From Candidatus Sulfomarinibacteraceae bacterium (GTDB lineage: Bacteria > Acidobacteriota > Thermoanaerobaculia > Thermoanaerobaculales > Sulfomarinibacteraceae), in assembly GCA_963796455.1 (NCBI GenBank), contig CAWCLO010000004.1:192001-256000 (forward strand): a stretch of DNA of 64,000 bases. The letters are read 5' to 3'. Every line of letters begins with the position of its first letter. Position 1 is the first letter of the stretch. A model generated the notes under the pieces. It was given only the letters and a program-made list of their open reading frames with translations, was not told the origin of the DNA and ran no database searches. Position numbers and translations under genes: made by a program. Positions 41,041 to 51,292 of the stretch are shown here, piece after piece.

Positions 41041-41189
41041 ATGGCTCGCCATCTTCGCTATCGAACGGTTTTTGTGGATACCGGTATCAAAGGGGTAAAG
41101 GGAGACTGAGGCGGTGCATCTGGTTGTGAGGAATCAGGAATTCCATCGCGCCCTTACTTGACAGTCCTTGAGGCGAATCTACGATTTCG

Positions 41190-41285
41190 CTGCATCCTGC
41201 ATCCTGTCTGCATCCTGCATCCTGCATCCTGCATCCTGCATCCTGCATCCTGCATCCTGCATCCTGCATCCTGCATCCTGCATCC
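41190..41285. repeat. Heptamer tandem repeat (CTGCATC), about 13 copies
   Basis: Counted directly; one 4-bp interruption. Confidence 0.95.
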
Positions 41286-41286
41286 G

Positions 41287-41610
41287 CTACCAGATTTCGG
41301 GTGGGGCCTTGAGCCTCTCGACGGCTTGCCCGCCGAGGAGGTGGTCGTCAAAGATTTCGCGAACATCGGCCGTGGTAACTCCGACGTACATGACGCCGTC
41401 GGGGTAGACGAGCACGCTCGGTCCGAGTTCGCACGGACCGAGGCAACCGCTGCGGGTGATCTTGATCCTGCCGTAGGCCTGCCGCGCCTCCATCAATCGG
41501 CCGAATTCCATCATCAGATCCTGGGCACCGCGTTCACCGCAAGATCCTTTGGGGTTCCCGGGCGGGCGTTCGTTGAGGCAGAGAAACACGTGTTTTTCGG
41601 GTCGGGGCAT
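41287..41610 (-). CDS. Thioredoxin-like [2Fe-2S] ferredoxin
   Basis: HVFLCLNER..SC..SGCLGPCELGP.VLVYPDG. Confidence 0.92.
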   Translation of the reverse strand: MPRPEKHVFLCLNERPPGNPKGSCGERGAQDLMMEFGRLMEARQAYGRIKITRSGCLGPCELGPSVLVYPDGVMYVGVTTADVREIFDDHLLGGQAVERLKAPPEIW

Positions 41611-41703
41611 GACGGAACTCCAGCAATGATGTTCAGTGTCCGCAACGAAACGGAAGATCGAATTGTTCCCTGAGAGGGGCCAAGAGCACAAGGCAATATG
41701 CTA

Positions 41704-41738
41704 AAGCCCATAGCCCATAGCCCATAGCCCATAGCCTA
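41704..41738. repeat. Heptamer repeat (AGCCCAT), 4-5 copies
   Basis: Seen directly. Confidence 0.85.
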
Positions 41739-41762
41739 TTGCCTGTAGGTTGCGATGCCCGC

Positions 41763-42578
41763 CTACCGATCGATCGAGATCAACTCCACGTCGAAGACCA
41801 ACATTCCGGCCGGGGCGCCCGGTTGCCCCTGGTAGGCCAGCTTCTCAGGAATCCAGAAGCGGCGTTTTTCTCCCGCGACCATGAGCTGCACTCCTTCGGT
41901 CCATCCTGCAATCACGCGGTTGAGGGGGAACTGAACGGGCTCGCCGCGGCGCACTGAAGAATCAAATAGTTCACCGTCGGTGGTCCATCCGGAGTAGTGG
42001 GCGGTGACCGTCGATGATGCCGTGGGGTGTTTGTCCCCAACGCCAGGCTGGAGCACCTTGGTGGCCAGGCCGCTGTCGGTGAACTCGGCATCGGCGGGTG
42101 GTGCCGCGACATCGGAGGGCACTGGTGGTGGCGGTGGCGGCTGAGGATTGTCTTTGATACCGAGAAGTTCGACATCGAAGACCAACATGCCCGCCGGCTT
42201 GCCTGGTGCATTGTTGTACGCCAGTTCGACGGGTATCCAAAGGCGGCGTTTTTCGCCCACCAGCATCAACTGGAGGCCCTCGGTCCATCCCGGAATGACC
42301 CTGTTGAGCGGAAAGGTCGCCGGTTGACCGCGGCGGACCGAAGAATCAAAGAGCTGACCATCGGTGGTCCAGCCTGAGTAGTGCACGGTGACTTCGTCCC
42401 ATGCATCGGGGTGTTTGTCACCGGTTCCGGCAGCGAGTACTTTGGAGCACAGTTTGCTTTCGGTGCATTCGGCGTCGGCGGGCGGCGCCGCAACGTCGGT
42501 CGGTGTCTGAAGGTCCTGGGCCTTGATGGAAAGCGTGCAAAAAACGGCGGCAACAACAAAATATGCTATCAACTTCAT
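41763..42578 (-). CDS. Exported tandem two-domain FKBP-type PPIase
   Basis: Two HYSGW..FDSS..VI.GWTEG..LVFDVEL domains with a Pro-rich linker. Confidence 0.95.
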   Translation of the reverse strand: MKLIAYFVVAAVFCTLSIKAQDLQTPTDVAAPPADAECTESKLCSKVLAAGTGDKHPDAWDEVTVHYSGWTTDGQLFDSSVRRGQPATFPLNRVIPGWTEGLQLMLVGEKRRLWIPVELAYNNAPGKPAGMLVFDVELLGIKDNPQPPPPPPVPSDVAAPPADAEFTDSGLATKVLQPGVGDKHPTASSTVTAHYSGWTTDGELFDSSVRRGEPVQFPLNRVIAGWTEGVQLMVAGEKRRFWIPEKLAYQGQPGAPAGMLVFDVELISIDR

Positions 42579-42652
42579 GGCGTTACCCTAACCCGACGCC
42601 ACGGATACGGCAAGGGACAACCGGTCTGCTCGCACCGGGCGTGTCGGGGCAA

Positions 42653-42835
42653 AGAGGAGCAGAGGAGCAGAGGAGCAGAGGAGCAGAGGAGCAGAGGAGC
42701 AGAGGAGCAGAGGAGCAGAGGAGCAGAGGAGCAGAGGAGCAGAGGAGCAGAGGAGCAGAGGAGCAGAGGAGCAGAGGAGCAGAGGAGCAGAGGAGCAGAG
42801 GAGCAGAGGAGCAGAGGAGCAGAGGAGCAGAGGAG
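42653..42835. repeat. Perfect octamer tandem repeat (AGAGGAGC), 22 copies plus a partial unit
   Basis: Counted directly. Confidence 0.97.
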
Positions 42836-42868
42836 ACCCGGCCCTTATCACGAACGACGTCTCCGGTA

Positions 42869-43430
42869 CGGTTCTCCCTTTCTCTTTTTCGGGAACTGGA
42901 ACGGGAACGGAACAATCCTTCAAGATGTCATCCTGAGCGAAGCGCCTTCGGCGCGCAGTCGAAGGATCTGCGGTCGCATGGTCCTATCGGTCGTCCCATA
43001 GATCCTTCGACTACGCCCCCGGCGGGGCTCCGCTCAGGATGACATCGGAGGAAACATCGCCATCAGGCGACAGTGCCGGTGGTTTCCCTCTGCCCCTCCG
43101 CCCCTCTGCTCCTCTGCGCTGTGGGGTGCGGTTCTCCCTTTCTCTTTTTCGGGAACGGGAACGGGAACGGAACAATCCTTCAAGATGTCATCCTGAGCGA
43201 AGCGCCTTCGGCGCGCAGTCGAAGGATCTGCGGTCGCATGGTCCTATCGGTCCGTGCCATAGATCCTTCGACTACGCCCCCGGGCGGGGCTCCGCTCAGG
43301 ATGACATCGGGAGGAGACATCGCCATGCAGGGCAGATCAGTGCCGGGTGGTTTCCCCTCTGCCCCTCCGCCCCTCTGCTCCTCTGCGCTGTGGGGTGCGG
43401 TTCTCCCTTTCCCCTTTCCCCCTTTCGGGA
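42869..43430. repeat. Tandem ~260-bp duplication, each unit holding a ~123-bp palindromic element
   Basis: GATGTCATCCTGAGCG...AGTCGAAGGATCT / AGATCCTTCGACT...CGCTCAGGATGACATC at 42924-43046 and 43184-43308; a third unit starts at 43398. Confidence 0.9.
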
Positions 43431-43593
43431 ACGGGAACGGAAACGGGATCGGGCATCCAGCATCCAGCATCGAGCATCGAGCATCGAGCATCGGGTTGCT
43501 GGCGATCTCCCGAACGAATTCTGAGATCAACAACCCGAGTCGGAATCAGCCTGCTACAGTTGAGGGGAATGGAACCCAGGCGAGGAGAACGCT

Positions 43594-44442
43594 ATGAGGT
43601 GCAGTCTCTGGACTCTGAGCTGTCGTTTGATATCCGTGGCCTGTGCAGTTGCATTGCTCGCCGCGTGCGGCCCCACAACCATCGACACCTCCAGCTTCGA
43701 GGGCCTCGAACGCTCGGTGACCGATCTCCGCGAACCGATGGAGGAAGGGCAGCGAGCACAATTCGATGAGTCACTCAATTATCTGGTGGGCGAGACGGCG
43801 TTGTTGAACGGGGAGAAGCAACCCGCCCATCCCGAACTGGTTTTGGCGCTGTACAAACCTCTGGCCGGTATGACTGCCGAGGGCATCATCTCCGAAGCAT
43901 TGCGGCGGCGGTTGGACGAGGTTCAGACCGCGGTCGCAGCCATCGAGCGCAAGCGTGAAGGCGCCGAGGAGCAGCGCCTGGCCCTGGACGCTTTTGATCT
44001 CCAGAAGAGCAAGGTCTACAAACGGAATCGCGGCTCCCTCGAGTGGCCGGTCATCGAATTCAAGGCCGCGAACAACACCGATCAGCTGATCTGGCTGATT
44101 CACTTTCGCGCAGCGCTCATGCGCCCTGGCTATGACGAACCGTGGCTGGTGGAGGAATTCGATCAATTGGTGCTCAACGGGATTGCGCCCGGTGAACGGG
44201 ATCTGTGGCGGATCGAGCCCGAACGGCAGGAATGGGTGACTCTCGTCGATCCCCATCCGGATCTCCTCTTCACTCTCGAAGTGATGCGCCTCGAAGGCCT
44301 CGGTGGCAATGTCATCGCGGCGACCGAGTGGGGCTTCATCGAAGAGATTCAGATCGAAATGTATGAAAAGACTCTCGAGATCATCCGTGAAGGAAACAGT
44401 CTTGCTCTCGACCAGCCTCCGCGACCGGGTGTTCCTCAGTAG
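43594..44442 (+). CDS. Hypothetical lipoprotein
   Basis: LLAAC lipobox; GAGGAG RBS. Confidence 0.8.
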   Translation: MRCSLWTLSCRLISVACAVALLAACGPTTIDTSSFEGLERSVTDLREPMEEGQRAQFDESLNYLVGETALLNGEKQPAHPELVLALYKPLAGMTAEGIISEALRRRLDEVQTAVAAIERKREGAEEQRLALDAFDLQKSKVYKRNRGSLEWPVIEFKAANNTDQLIWLIHFRAALMRPGYDEPWLVEEFDQLVLNGIAPGERDLWRIEPERQEWVTLVDPHPDLLFTLEVMRLEGLGGNVIAATEWGFIEEIQIEMYEKTLEIIREGNSLALDQPPRPGVPQ

Positions 44443-44489
44443 ATACCGGGTGTCGGTGCCCCGTTTCCGCGCCCGTGCCCCTGTCCCTG

Positions 44490-44593
44490 CCCGAATTGCA
44501 GTGGCAGCGACAGTGTCCAGCGTCCGCGACTGCGATCAGCAATCAGGGGCCGAGGCAGCATCAGCGACATCGTTCAGTCGGACTGGTATGGAG
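44490..44593 (+). repeat. Left-arm-only member of the IR element family
   Basis: CCCGAATTGCAGTGGCAGCGACAGTGTCCAGCG; ends GACTGGTATGGAG, also present at 32473. Confidence 0.65.
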
Positions 44594-44719
44594 ATTCTAA
44601 ATTCTTGAAAATAGGCCTATTCAGGGCTGTTTTCCCGGTTGAACCGGATCGAATCCGTCCGTGCGAATTTCGGCAATCGGACTTTTTTCGGGTCCACGGC
44701 CGTATTACACTGCACGCCC

Positions 44720-45487
44720 ATGATCGATCCAACATATCTACCCAGCGGCCTCCAGGGAGAGCCCTATTTTCGTTGGCGCGGCGGCGACGTCTCGCGTATC
44801 GAGGGTCTGTCCGATGCTGTTTTTGCGCTCTCCCTGACTCTGCTGGTGGTGGCGCTCGAGGTTCCTTCGTCGTCACAGGAATTGATCACCGTTTTCTGGC
44901 AGTTTCCGGCGTTCGCCTTCTGTTTCGGGTTTATCCTCTGGGTCTGGTACGAACACTACATCTACCACCGGCGCTACGGTTTCGAAGACGGGATGACTGT
45001 CGCCCTGAATGGGTTGTTGCTGTTTTTTATCGTCTTCTACGTCTTTCCCCTCAAGTTCCTGGCGTCGGCGCTGGTGACCGGACCCTTGACCGGCGACCGA
45101 ACGGTGCAGAACATGAGCCAGGGAACGACCGTGATGCTGTTTTACAGCGCTGGTTTCGTTGCCATTTTTACAGTCCTCACCCTCATGTACGGGCGGGCAT
45201 GGCGGCTGCGCGATCGGCTCCATCTTGATCTGTTGGAGCGGATTGCGACTCGAGGGGCCATCCGGCGCCACCTGTTGTCGATCGCCGTCGGGCTCGCATC
45301 CATCGTGTTGGCAGTGTTTGTGCCTCAGCACCCGGCATGGTCGGGAATGATCTATTTCCTGATGGGACCGGTTCAGGGTATCAGCGGCTATCTGAGCGGG
45401 AGAGAGCTGGAACGCGCGATGGAAGCCGGGATCGAGGATGTAGGAATCGAGTCTGAAAGTCGCGAGTCGGTTGCCGATTCCGACTAA
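44720..45487 (+). CDS. TMEM175 family (DUF1211) potassium channel
   Basis: RIEGLSDAVFALSLTLLV, W..H signature. Confidence 0.85.
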   Translation: MIDPTYLPSGLQGEPYFRWRGGDVSRIEGLSDAVFALSLTLLVVALEVPSSSQELITVFWQFPAFAFCFGFILWVWYEHYIYHRRYGFEDGMTVALNGLLLFFIVFYVFPLKFLASALVTGPLTGDRTVQNMSQGTTVMLFYSAGFVAIFTVLTLMYGRAWRLRDRLHLDLLERIATRGAIRRHLLSIAVGLASIVLAVFVPQHPAWSGMIYFLMGPVQGISGYLSGRELERAMEAGIEDVGIESESRESVADSD

Positions 45488-46143
45488 AAACGATAACCCA
45501 GACCCGCGAGGCCGTGCAGGGACACGTTGAGCCCTTCCGCGTGGCCGTCGACCACGGGTACCCGGAACCAGGCCACGAAGAGATCGGCCTCGATGACAAA
45601 GAAGAGACCCTTCCAGATCGTGAAATCTTTGCTGACGCCGCCGACGACGGCCGGCCCGGTGAGGGTGTAACCGCTGCCGAAGAGCCCGCCCGAATCTTCA
45701 TCGGCCATGCCGCGGATGATGGTGTTGGGCTCGGCCAGCACGAGGCCGGCGCCGATACGGAGCGTGACCGGCAGGTCTTCGAAGCTTCGGTGGAAGCTCA
45801 GGATGTTGAATCCGTGGGTGATCTCGAAGTGCTCGACCTCGAGGGGTGGGTTGCTGAGGAAAAGTTTGTGGTGCCGGGCCTGAAACTCCCACGCTCCCTT
45901 TTCGGTGCGGTTGAATGCCAAACGAAAGGACCAGTACATCGGCCGCTCGAAGCCGCGGGTTTCGTATTCTGCCGTGAAGTCGAGGGTCGGATATCCAGTT
46001 TGGGAGATCTTCAGCGGGGTCTGGAGATTGACCGCGTTGCCGAGAAAGAACTCAAAGGACGAAAACTCGATCGCCGCCACCGGAATGGCGAAGCCGAGCA
46101 GGATCACCGAGACGGACGTGATGATGATCTGAATGCGGCGCAT
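45484..46143 (-). CDS. Putative outer-membrane beta-barrel protein
   Basis: Signal peptide, amphipathic strands, terminal GLGYRF. Confidence 0.75.
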   Translation of the reverse strand: MRRIQIIITSVSVILLGFAIPVAAIEFSSFEFFLGNAVNLQTPLKISQTGYPTLDFTAEYETRGFERPMYWSFRLAFNRTEKGAWEFQARHHKLFLSNPPLEVEHFEITHGFNILSFHRSFEDLPVTLRIGAGLVLAEPNTIIRGMADEDSGGLFGSGYTLTGPAVVGGVSKDFTIWKGLFFVIEADLFVAWFRVPVVDGHAEGLNVSLHGLAGLGYRF

Positions 46144-46180
46144 TGTTGTGCTCCGCGGGAATCATACCTCGGGTCGGGTT

Positions 46181-46741
46181 CTACTGCGGCCAGAGCCAGC
46201 CGAATATCCCGGCTGTGAGCAGGGCGTAGACCAATCCGTCGAAAACGTGCTTGAGGCACATGGAGAACGGCTTCTGCTTCCACACGGCATCCGCAATGTA
46301 AGCAAAGGAGTAGGCCATAAAGCTCGAACAGCCGACAACCCGGAAGACCTGGAGATAGTGGGTACCGGCTGCGAGCGTCCGGCTGGCCAGATAGGCCGCG
46401 AAGACACCCACCACGATGCTGTAGATGAACCACAGAACAAGGGCTTTTCCCATGGCCGGCGGGCCGCTCGGTCCCACGTTGATGGTGCCGACCGGTCCCT
46501 CCTCGTACTTCTTCAACATCTCGGGCGAGCCCATTTCCTTCATGGTTCCTGCATAGGGGAATGCATAAAAACCAGGCTCGACGCCTGCGTTCCGCATCCC
46601 GTCGAGTACCGATGCTTCGTCAGGTAATTGTCGATATTCCGAGTTGTGGTATTTCAGCGCCATGTGGATGACGGAGCTCGCGATGAAGACCGCAACCGCA
46701 GCGAGCAGGATCGGGAGCCAGAGCGTGGTCAAGGACACCAT
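46181..46741 (-). CDS. Conserved hypothetical membrane protein
   Basis: Four TM segments; GGAGGT RBS before MVSLTT. Confidence 0.8.
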   Translation of the reverse strand: MVSLTTLWLPILLAAVAVFIASSVIHMALKYHNSEYRQLPDEASVLDGMRNAGVEPGFYAFPYAGTMKEMGSPEMLKKYEEGPVGTINVGPSGPPAMGKALVLWFIYSIVVGVFAAYLASRTLAAGTHYLQVFRVVGCSSFMAYSFAYIADAVWKQKPFSMCLKHVFDGLVYALLTAGIFGWLWPQ

Positions 46742-46882
46742 ATACACCTCCGAATAACGGACAATTTCGTTGTGACTCGGTCTCGATTTCTGGCCCCTTT
46801 TATAGCAGCGCGGTCTTTTCCTGTCCACCGCGTGAACCTTGTAGAATGTGGTCGTCGACAGTGTTCTGTCGCAGGAGGAGGC

Positions 46883-49018
46883 ATGATGTTGAAAGTTGGC
46901 AAGGGGACTCTGTATTCACTCGCACTGGTTGTGATCGGTGCAGCACTCAGTGGAGGGATTGCCGTCGCCGGGGAAACAGGCGGTCTTTCTTTCGAACAAT
47001 TGGCGGCGATTCGATCGGTGGGGGACGTGGCGTTTTCGCCCGATGGTTCTCTGGTGGCTTACACCCTGAGCGTGCCCCGACGGCCGGGTGAGGATGACGA
47101 CGGTTCGGCGTGGCGCGAACTCCGGGTGGTGTCGGTTCCCGGCGGTGTCGACCGAGTCTATGTCGGTGGGCAGGTCAGTGTCTCCGGGATTCGTTTTACC
47201 CCGGATGGCAGCGCGATCACCTACCTCGCAAAACGGGGTGATGACGAGCACACGGCCCTATGGACCATTCCGATCGACGGCGGAGAATCGCACCGGTTGA
47301 TCGGCTTCGACACGGCGATCGCAGATTACCGGGTCTCACCTGATGGCACACGAATCGCCTTCGTGGCGAATCAGCCAATGTGCGAAAAACGCGAGAAAGC
47401 CGAGGAGAAGGGCTACACGCAGGAGGTCTTCGAGGAGGATTGGTTGCCGAAAATGGTGTGGGTCGTGCCCATGCCGACCACGGCGGTTCCCGATCCTTCG
47501 CAACCGGAGGAAGAGGCTGTCGAACCCAAAGCGCTCGCTATTGACGGCAGTGTTTTTAATGTCCGCTGGAGCCCCGACTCGGCCACGCTGGCGGTCGATG
47601 TGGCGCCGCGGCCTCTCGTCGACGACCGGTACATGTTCCGCAAGGTGACGATTGTGGACGCTGCAAGCGGGGAAGTGCGCACGCGTTTTGCCAACCCAGG
47701 CAAGCTGGGAGATTTTCAGTTCAGCCCCGATGGTGCAACCGTTGCGATGATCTCGGCCGCCGATCCGAATGATCCGGGACAGGGGCGCCTGATGGTGGCG
47801 CCGGCCGCTGGTGGCGATCTCAAAGATGTCCTGCCCGGCCTCGAGGGCCACGTCAGCAGATTTGCCTGGCGGGACTCGGAAACCCTGGTCTATGTGGCCG
47901 CTGTCGGTGTCGAGAGCAGGCTTGGTGAAATCGATCTTGGCGGCAAAAGGGCGCGGACCTATCTCGAATCTCCAAACGAGTTTGCCGGCGTGCGGGTGCC
48001 GATCATGGGTTCGATGAGCCTATCCGGCGACGGGATGCGGGTCGCGATCTCCGGCAACACCCCGCTCCACCCCAACGAGGTCTATGCCTTCAATCTCGGA
48101 GAAGCTGCCGGTGCACGCCTGACCGACAGCAACCCGTGGCTCGCGAATGTGGCGCTCGAGCCGCAGGAGGTCTTCAACTGGAGGGCGAAAGACGGCCTCG
48201 AGCTCGAGGGTCTGCTGATCCGGCCCGCGGGTGCGGCTGGCCCCCTGCCGCTCATCATGGGGGTCCATGGTGGACCGGAGGGGCACCGGAGCAATGGTTG
48301 GCTCAGCTCCTATTCTTTGCCGGCCCAGATGGCGGCCCACCAGGGTTATGCTGTTTTTTATCCCAACTATCGCGGCAGCACCGGACGGGGTGTCGAATTC
48401 TCGAAGCTGGGTCAACACGACGCAGCCGGAAAAGAGTTCGATGATCTGCTCGATGCCCTTGCGACACTGATTGATCGCGGGATCGTCGATGCCGATCGAG
48501 TCGGGGTCACCGGTGGGTCCTACGGTGGTTATGCGACCGCCTGGTTGGCCACCCGCCATACCGAGCACTTCCGTGCCGGAGTGATGTTCGTGGGCATCAG
48601 CAACAAATACAGTAAGGCATTCACCACCGAAATTCCGGTGGAGGACGTCATGGTCCACGCCTTGTATCCGCCCTATACGAATACCGAATTCAGTCTCGAG
48701 CGCAGCCCCATGAGTTGGGTGGAAAAGGGGAGGACACCTCTCCTGATCGCGGGGGGCACGGCTGACAGCCGGGTCCATCCCTCACAGAGCCTGCAGTTTT
48801 ATCGCGCACTCAAACTGGTCGGTAAAACGCCGGTTCGCTACGTGCGCTATCCGGGAGAAGGCCACGGCAACCGCCGCGCTGCTTCGCGCGACGACTATGC
48901 CCATCGGGTGATGCGATGGATGGATCACTTCGTCAAGAACAAACAGACCGATCTTCCGCCCTGGGCGTTGGAGGTCGCCGACGAGAAGACAGATGCCGGA
49001 GAGGGTGAAAACGACTGA
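46883..49018 (+). CDS. S9 family (prolyl oligopeptidase/acylaminoacyl) peptidase
   Basis: Propeller repeats (SPDG), HGGP, NYRGS, GGSYGG, DSRV, EGHG. Confidence 0.95.
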   Translation: MMLKVGKGTLYSLALVVIGAALSGGIAVAGETGGLSFEQLAAIRSVGDVAFSPDGSLVAYTLSVPRRPGEDDDGSAWRELRVVSVPGGVDRVYVGGQVSVSGIRFTPDGSAITYLAKRGDDEHTALWTIPIDGGESHRLIGFDTAIADYRVSPDGTRIAFVANQPMCEKREKAEEKGYTQEVFEEDWLPKMVWVVPMPTTAVPDPSQPEEEAVEPKALAIDGSVFNVRWSPDSATLAVDVAPRPLVDDRYMFRKVTIVDAASGEVRTRFANPGKLGDFQFSPDGATVAMISAADPNDPGQGRLMVAPAAGGDLKDVLPGLEGHVSRFAWRDSETLVYVAAVGVESRLGEIDLGGKRARTYLESPNEFAGVRVPIMGSMSLSGDGMRVAISGNTPLHPNEVYAFNLGEAAGARLTDSNPWLANVALEPQEVFNWRAKDGLELEGLLIRPAGAAGPLPLIMGVHGGPEGHRSNGWLSSYSLPAQMAAHQGYAVFYPNYRGSTGRGVEFSKLGQHDAAGKEFDDLLDALATLIDRGIVDADRVGVTGGSYGGYATAWLATRHTEHFRAGVMFVGISNKYSKAFTTEIPVEDVMVHALYPPYTNTEFSLERSPMSWVEKGRTPLLIAGGTADSRVHPSQSLQFYRALKLVGKTPVRYVRYPGEGHGNRRAASRDDYAHRVMRWMDHFVKNKQTDLPPWALEVADEKTDAGEGEND

Positions 49019-49040
49019 TCGCCCTCGACGTATTAAAACT

Positions 49041-49076
49041 GAAGGGCCGGTCGCAAACCTGCGACCGGCCCTTTTC
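49041..49076. terminator. Terminator hairpin between convergent genes
   Basis: AAGGGCCGGTCGCA-AACC-TGCGACCGGCCCTTTT. Confidence 0.85.
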
Positions 49077-49100
49077 TATTTGTACTCGATGGAATTCGCC

Positions 49101-49853
49101 TCAGAGCGTCATCGCTCTTCCGGCGAGATAGGAGACGATGTCGGCGGCTTCGTGCATCGCCTTGTCACCGACGCAGAGGCAGGGCGCCTGGCCCTTGCCG
49201 GCGATCTTGGTCAGGTCGTCGAGAGCCCCCTGGTCCTCACTCACGTTGCGCACCGGCACCGTGTCGAGGTGGAGATTGCCCAGCGCCGCCGCGGCATTGG
49301 TCGAAAACATGCAGTTCGATCGTACGAAAAGCACGGTATCGTCCTCGAGGCCTGGCGGGTCTTCGGGCGTTCTGAGAGTGTTTTCGTGTTTCCGGTTGAC
49401 TTCTTCGCAGAGTGCGGCGAGTTCAGCGATGTCTCTCTTGCCGCCGGGACCGACGGACGATGCGTGGCGGACCACGCCGTCGGCATCGATGATGACGGTG
49501 GCGCGATCGGTGATCCCGGCTTCTTCAAGATAGAGACCATAGGATTTGGCGACCTCACCCTTGGGGTGAAAATCTGCCAGGAGCGGGAAAGATACTCCTC
49601 CGAGGCTCATTGCCCAGTTCATGTGGCAGTAGATCGAGTCAACGCTGACACCCAGAACCTGGGTGTTGGCGGCGAGGAAGCGGTCTTGAAGAGCTTCCAC
49701 GCCGGGTACCTCGGTGCTTCACGTGGGTGTGAAATCGAGGGGGTAAAAGAGCAGCATCACATGGCGCCGCCCCTTGAACTGGTCGAGGCTGATGTTTCGC
49801 GAGAATTGGTCGGTCAGGCTGAATCCTGGTGCGGTCTGTCCTACTTCGATCAT
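49101..49853 (-). CDS. Selenocysteine peroxiredoxin (AhpE/BCP-like) fused to a glutaredoxin-like domain
   Basis: FYPLDFTPT-TGA(49721-49719)-STE places Sec at the peroxidatic position and reads in frame into GVSVD..FPLLAD..RATVIID; C-terminal NCMFS..QAPCL..EAADIVSYL. Confidence 0.88.
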
Positions 49854-50214
49854 TTTTCCTCCTTGTCCTTGCTCGCGGCATGATACCTTTTCGCTGCTGG
49901 GCAGCCAACCGCGGATGAACCGGATTGCCGGAGCGAGGGTCCTGAACGAAAATGGACCATGGTTTCTTGCGGAAACCGGTGCCCCGCACCTATACAGAGC
50001 ACCAGGAGCTTGGCGTCGGCACCCCACAAAAGCGCGGACACGGTAACCTATGTTCAGCGTGAAGGAGTCAATAAAGGTGCGCACATCCGTAAAGGTTAAA
50101 GGTGCCAGGTACGGGGGTATTGATCTTTCGGATTCTGGCGGCCCGAAACACCATGGCCACGACGAAACGGCCATCGTGTGAACAGGGGAAAACTTGCGAT
50201 AGAGTTGTGAAAGG

Positions 50215-51277
50215 ATGATCGTTGGTTCGGGAGGAAGGAAAAGCTTGGGATACACCAAAGATTCGAAAAGCACGTCTATCCGTCTTCCATTTCATATTGG
50301 GTTCGTCGGGCTGGCACTCCTCCTTGGAGCCTCCTGTGATCGGGCTGTCTCAAGCCCGGCAGGTGAAGGTGCTTCAGAAAACGAAACCAGCGCCAAAACC
50401 ACCGCGGGGCCCGAGGGGCAGCCAATCCCAACATCCGGGTTGGAAAATAGACCGACGCCAAATACTTGGCCGGTCGAACCACCTGGGAACCCCGCTGCAG
50501 GCGAACTGTGGGTGGACTCTGCTGCCAATATTGGTTTCCGTGCTATCCCGCACGGGTCGTTCACGATGGGAGGGCCGATAGAACATCTCAACACCCGACG
50601 GCTGAAGGTAACGCTCACGCGAGATTACTGGTTGGCTGAAACGGAAATCACACGACAGCAGTGGGATATCATCATGTCCGACAAAGACAATTCAAAACGG
50701 GGACCCAGTCGCGGTTTTCCTGAAGACTCAGTCACCTGGTGGCAGGCCGTCGAGTTCGCAAACCGTCTTTCGCAGAAATCCGGCCTGGAGGAATGCTATG
50801 AACTCGCCGTTGCCGAAGCCGGCGCACCTGGCGACCAGCATCCAGATCCTCAATTTTTGGGGCTCGATTGTGAGGGCTATCGCTTACCAACCGAGGCTGA
50901 ATGGGAACGGGCGGCGCTGGCGGGAAGCAATACTCTTTTCTCGGGCGGCGATGACCTGGAAGCTTACGGCTGGTACGAGTCCAACAGCGACAGAAAGGTT
51001 CACCGTTGCGCAGAAAAGGCGCCGAATGCATGGGGTCTTTATGATATGTCGGGGAATCTGAACGAATGGGTTTGGGACGAAACCCGGAATTCGGCCCTTT
51101 TGGTTCGCCGTCGATTTCTTTGTATCAGAGAATCCTGACGCCCTCGACGAAGAAAGGGTCAGGAAGGGCGGATCCTACTGGGATCGAGACTCTCAATGCC
51201 GGGTGCATGAGAGCCGTGCCGAGGGGCCAGGCCATGCCGGCGATACCGGCTTTCGGGTAGTGCGGACCGGTGGTTGA
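50215..51277 (+). CDS. FGE-sulfatase (SUMF1)-domain protein, probably a lipoprotein (frameshift near 51082)
   Basis: YRLPTEAEWE, PNAWGLYDMSGNLNEW. The expected RVRKGGSY..GFRVVR end lies in the +1 frame. Start uncertain. Confidence 0.8.
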
Positions 51278-51292
51278 GCCAGAACATGGATC

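Noticed and set aside
42381..43042. ORFs with EEQRSRGA or LLLCSSAP repeats (also MQDAGCR at 41087-41366)
   Set aside because: These are translations of non-coding tandem repeats.
42653..43430. Possible CRISPR array
   Set aside because: The units are contiguous tandem repeats or whole duplications with no unique spacers, and no cas genes are present.
49854..50273. Upstream extension of the peroxiredoxin ORF
   Set aside because: A GGAGG RBS precedes MIEVGQ at 49853; the extension may be a gene fragment but I cannot support a call.
51136..51138. TGA read-through (Sec) in the FGE-domain gene
   Set aside because: The conserved C-terminus is in a different frame, so a frameshift explains it.
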